From assembly GCF_020745735.1 (NCBI RefSeq), contig NC_083435.1:35818121-35882120 (forward strand): 64,000 nucleotides of DNA, in the 5' to 3' direction. The translations under genes and the position numbers were made by a program. The stretch is from Hemiscyllium ocellatum (Eukaryota). Shown here one piece after another: positions 60,283-64,000 of the stretch (position 1 is its first letter; every line of letters starts with the position of its first letter). The notes beneath the pieces are model-generated. The model saw only the letters and a program-made list of their open reading frames with translations. It did not search any database and was not told the origin of the DNA.

Positions 60283-62427
60283 TGAAATAACTTCACAGAG
60301 GCTGGTACTCTGTCACTGAGTCACCCTTTATTTACTTGTGTGCAGTTCTCTGGCTGAGACCAGCCAGTTCGGGGCCAGTCCCATGAACCAATGAGACTCT
60401 GATTCTCCTATTTATATTTGTTTGTTTTTGGTTATCCCCACATTACTACAATACAATAGTGTTACTTGTTCTCCCCCACAGCACCTGGGTTGTGTGTGTG
60501 TGTAAGTGCACGGCCTCAGTGAAAATCCCATTGTGCAAATAACTTTACTCAATATTTCTACCACCAGGAAAAATACCCACGTGGCCAAAGAACCAGAAAC
60601 AAGCAAGACCCAAAAGGGGTGATGCTTACATGAAAATCACGGTGAAGCGGGAGGGTGGGGATTAAATGAAATTAGAATTGGAGAGCAATCCACAGACCCA
60701 AAGTGCCTATCTCTAATTCCCCGTGTTTATATTTTTCTTCAAGGTATGATGTTGGAAATGCTTATTCCAATTCCAAGATGGTTGTTGCAAGCAAATGTTC
60801 TTTAGGCACATCCTGTCTTCTCCCCTCACCACTGAAATAACTGCACGAAAGCTGGTATCCCAACACCAAGGCCCCCTTTATGTATTTGGGCGCAGTACAC
60901 TGGCTGTGGCGAGCTAGCTCAGGTTCAGCTCCCTGCACTGAGGAGATTTTAATCCTCTGATTTTATACATACATATTTGATATATATATAAAATGTTAAT
61001 ACTCCTACACTACTGCAGTAAGGCTTATATTCCCCAGCACCAGTGTTTGTGTCTGTGTGCAGGTGTAAGACACGGTCAAAAAGGCCAAGTGTAAATAACT
61101 TTATTCACACTGTGCCACCAGGAAAGACCCCCGTGTGGCGAGTGGCCAGGGAGAAACACAGCCCGGAGTGAGCATTGCTCACGTGAGAAAGGTGAACAGG
61201 AGGGAACGGGCTAAATCAAAACCGAGTTGGAGAGGGAAATAAAGCACCCCATCCCCTCCCCACGGTGCCCACCTCTAATCCCCAGTTTATATATTCATTC
61301 TTTCCTTTTTTAGCTCAAAGAAACAAAACAGAAACAAAAAAAAAAGGAAGGCAATGTCTCAGACCAAGAGGAATTTTCCACAGAGGGCACTGGCTGCGGC
61401 CGACCAACTCACAGTCAGTCCCCGGAACTGAGGAGATTCTCATCTCCTGGTTTTATATATTGGTGGGCGGCACGGTGGCACAGTGGTTAGCACTGCTGCC
61501 TCACAGTGCCTGAAACCCGGGTTCAATTCCCGACTCAGGCGACTGACTGTGTGGAGTTTGCACGATCTCCCCGTGTCTGCGTGGGTTTCCTCCGGGTGCT
61601 CCGGTTTCCTCCCACAGTCCAAAGATGTGCGGGTCAGGTGAATTGGCCATGCTAAATTGCCCGTAGTGTTAGGTAAGGGGTAAATGTAGGGGTATGGGTG
61701 GGTTGCGCTTTGACGGATCGGTGTGGACTTGTTGGGCCGAAGGGCCTGTTTCCACACTGTAAGTAATCTAATCTAATATTCACGTGTATGGATATTCTTT
61801 ATTTCTGTTCTTCCACACAGAGAAGAAACATCAAGTGCAAAAAAACTTCATTCATATTCCACCACAGGAAGACCAAAGCACCCACGTGGCCAGTGATAAG
61901 CAGAGCCCTTCTCATCAAAGGGAGGGCAGGGATTAAATCAAAATAGAGTTGGAGGGAGAAATAAAGCACTCCACGCCCTGGGGTGCCCACCTCTCCCTCA
62001 CACCCTCGGGGGTGTTGGGTTGACACTGCGTGCTCCTTCTTCAGGGATACCTGGGCCCAAACAGTCCCCTGGTGAATATTTTCTTTATTGAGGAGTTTCT
62101 AAATCTCCTGGTTATATATTTTTAATTCATCCCCCCCACACAGACACACCCACGTTACCACCTAACAGCAGTAGTGCTTATATTTTTCCCCAGACCCCAT
62201 CTGGTGTGTGTGCAGGTGTCGAACACAGTGAAGAACAATAAGTGTGTAAACCATTATTTATATTTCACCACCAGGAAGAATGGAAACACCAGGGTGGCCA
62301 GTGACAAGCAGTGTCCTTTTCAGAGGGCGTTGCTGCGTGATCAAAAAGGTGAAGGGGAGGGCAGAGATTAAATCAAAACAGAGTTAGAGGGGGAAATAAT
62401 GCCCTCCACTCCCTGTGACGCCCACCC
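60283..62427 (-). repeat. Four-module LTR/Tx1 array, copy B
   Basis: Duplicate of 24652-26795. Confidence 0.65.
61465..61777 (+). mobile_element. HE1-type SINE, copy B
   Basis: Duplicate of 25834-26146. Confidence 0.9.
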
Positions 62428-64000
62428 GAGGAAACTGGTGAAGTCCACATTGATGCCGGGTGATTGGAAGGTCCCAAGGTGGAAGATGAGGTGTTCTTCC
62501 TCCAGGCGTCGGATGGTTGGAGGGTGGTGATGGAGGAGATCCAGGATTTGCATGTCCTTGACGGAGTGGGAGGGAGAATTGAAGTATTCAGCCACAGGGT
62601 GGTGGGGTTGGTTGGTGTGGGTGTCCCAGAGATGTTCTCTAAAGGGCTCTGCAAGTCGGCGTCCTGTCCCCCCAATGTAGAGAAGACCTCATTGATCTTT
62701 TTATTTCAAACTGCCGCCTTGATCACCTTAACCTGTCTACCACCCCTCCCCCCACTCCAACCTCTCACCCTCGCAACACATAGCCCTCCACTCCCTCCGT
62801 TCCAACCTCAACTTCACCATCAAACCAGCGGATAAAGGGAGTGCAGTGGTAGTTTGGCACACTGACCTCTACACCGCTGAAGCCAGGCGCCAATTCGAAG
62901 ACACCTCCTCCTACTGCCCCCTTGACCATGAACTCACCTCCCAACACCAAACCATCATCTGCCAGACCATACACTACCTCATCACCTCAGAGGACCTCTC
63001 ACCCACAGTTTCCAACACCAAGGTTCGGGAACCCTGCACTTCATGGTTCTGTCTCCTACCCAAGATCCACAAGCCTGACTACCCTGGCCAACCTATCATC
63101 TCGGCCTGCTCCTGTTCCACCAAACTAGCCTCCACCAACCTTGATACTGTCCTATCCCCCCGGTCCAGAAACTCCCCACATACATTCGGGACACCACCCA
63201 TGCCCTCTGCCTCTTCCAGGACATTCATTTCCCTGGTCCCCAGTGCCTCATCTTCACCATGGACAGCCAGTCCCTATACACCTCCATCTGCTATGACCAA
63301 GCCCTCCGTTCTTCCTCTCCCAGTGTCCCCACCAGGACCACTTCACTGACACTCACATTTGTTTGACTGAACTAGTCCTCACTCTCAAGAATTTCTCCTT
63401 CGAATCCTCCCAGTTCCTCCAGATGAAAGGTGTAGCCATGGGCAGCCGCATGCGCCCCAGCTATGCTGGTCTCTTTGTTTATGTGGAATAGTCTATCTTC
63501 CACAGTTCCACTGGCACCGCTCCCAACGTTTCCCTCCGCTACATTGATGGCTGCATTGGTGCCACCTTGTGTTCCCATGAGGGGGTTGAACAGTTCATCA
63601 ACTTCACCAACACACTCCATTCGACCTGAAGTTCACCAGGACCATCACAGACACCTCCCTCCTCTTTTTGGATCTCTCCATCTCCATCAACAGTGACTGA
63701 CTCAACATAGACATTTTCTACAAACCCACTGGCTCCCACCTCTACCTGGACTACACCACCTCCCACCCTACTTCCTGTAAAAATTGCTATCCTGTATTCC
63801 CAATTCCTTCGCCTCCGCTGCATCTGCTCCCAGGAGAATCAGTTCCACCACAGAACACACCAGATGGCCTCCTTCTTCAATGACAACAATTTCCCCTCCC
63901 ACGTGGTTGATGATGCCCTCCGGCCCCCTTCCTGTACCTCTGACCTCCAACTGGAACAAGGATAGAACCCCCGATCCTCACCTTCCATCCCGTACACATC
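62428..64000. mobile_element. Same Penelope-like element, copy B, continuing to the window end
   Basis: The RT continues through ..RYIDGCIG..EQFINFTN..LDYTTSHP... Confidence 0.88.

Larger units (their letters stand above)
35627..63553. repeat. Copy B of the duplication
   Basis: Collinear with 1-27920. Differences seen are scattered SNPs, homopolymer/microsatellite indels and one 6-nt indel (24269 vs 59895). Confidence 0.98.

Overview
Repeat-dense vertebrate genomic DNA, most consistent with a cartilaginous fish (shark): HE1-type tRNA-derived SINEs, CR1 LINEs with 8-nt tails, L2, Tx1/L1, Penelope-like elements and a hAT fossil. The species cannot be named from sequence alone. Positions 1-27920 recur almost base-for-base at 35627-63553 (offset 35,624-35,633 bp, about 20 differences seen by eye). 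The first copy ends at a 13-N gap (27921-27933), which looks like an unmerged contig overlap rather than a proven biological duplication. The single-copy interval (27934-35626) holds the only clearly recognisable host gene: a decayed, non-classical-looking MHC class I locus. Its alpha1 exon is on the + strand (31311-31545), while alpha2 (33114-33375), alpha3 (32724-33001) and a possible TM exon are on the - strand, as if the gene had been internally inverted. I found no intact protein-coding gene, rRNA, true tRNA or CRISPR array. Other points of interest are three minisatellites, hammerhead-ribozyme relics in Penelope termini, a four-fold LTR/Tx1 composite array and several orphan exon-like segments. 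Repeat boundaries and family assignments are by eye and approximate.
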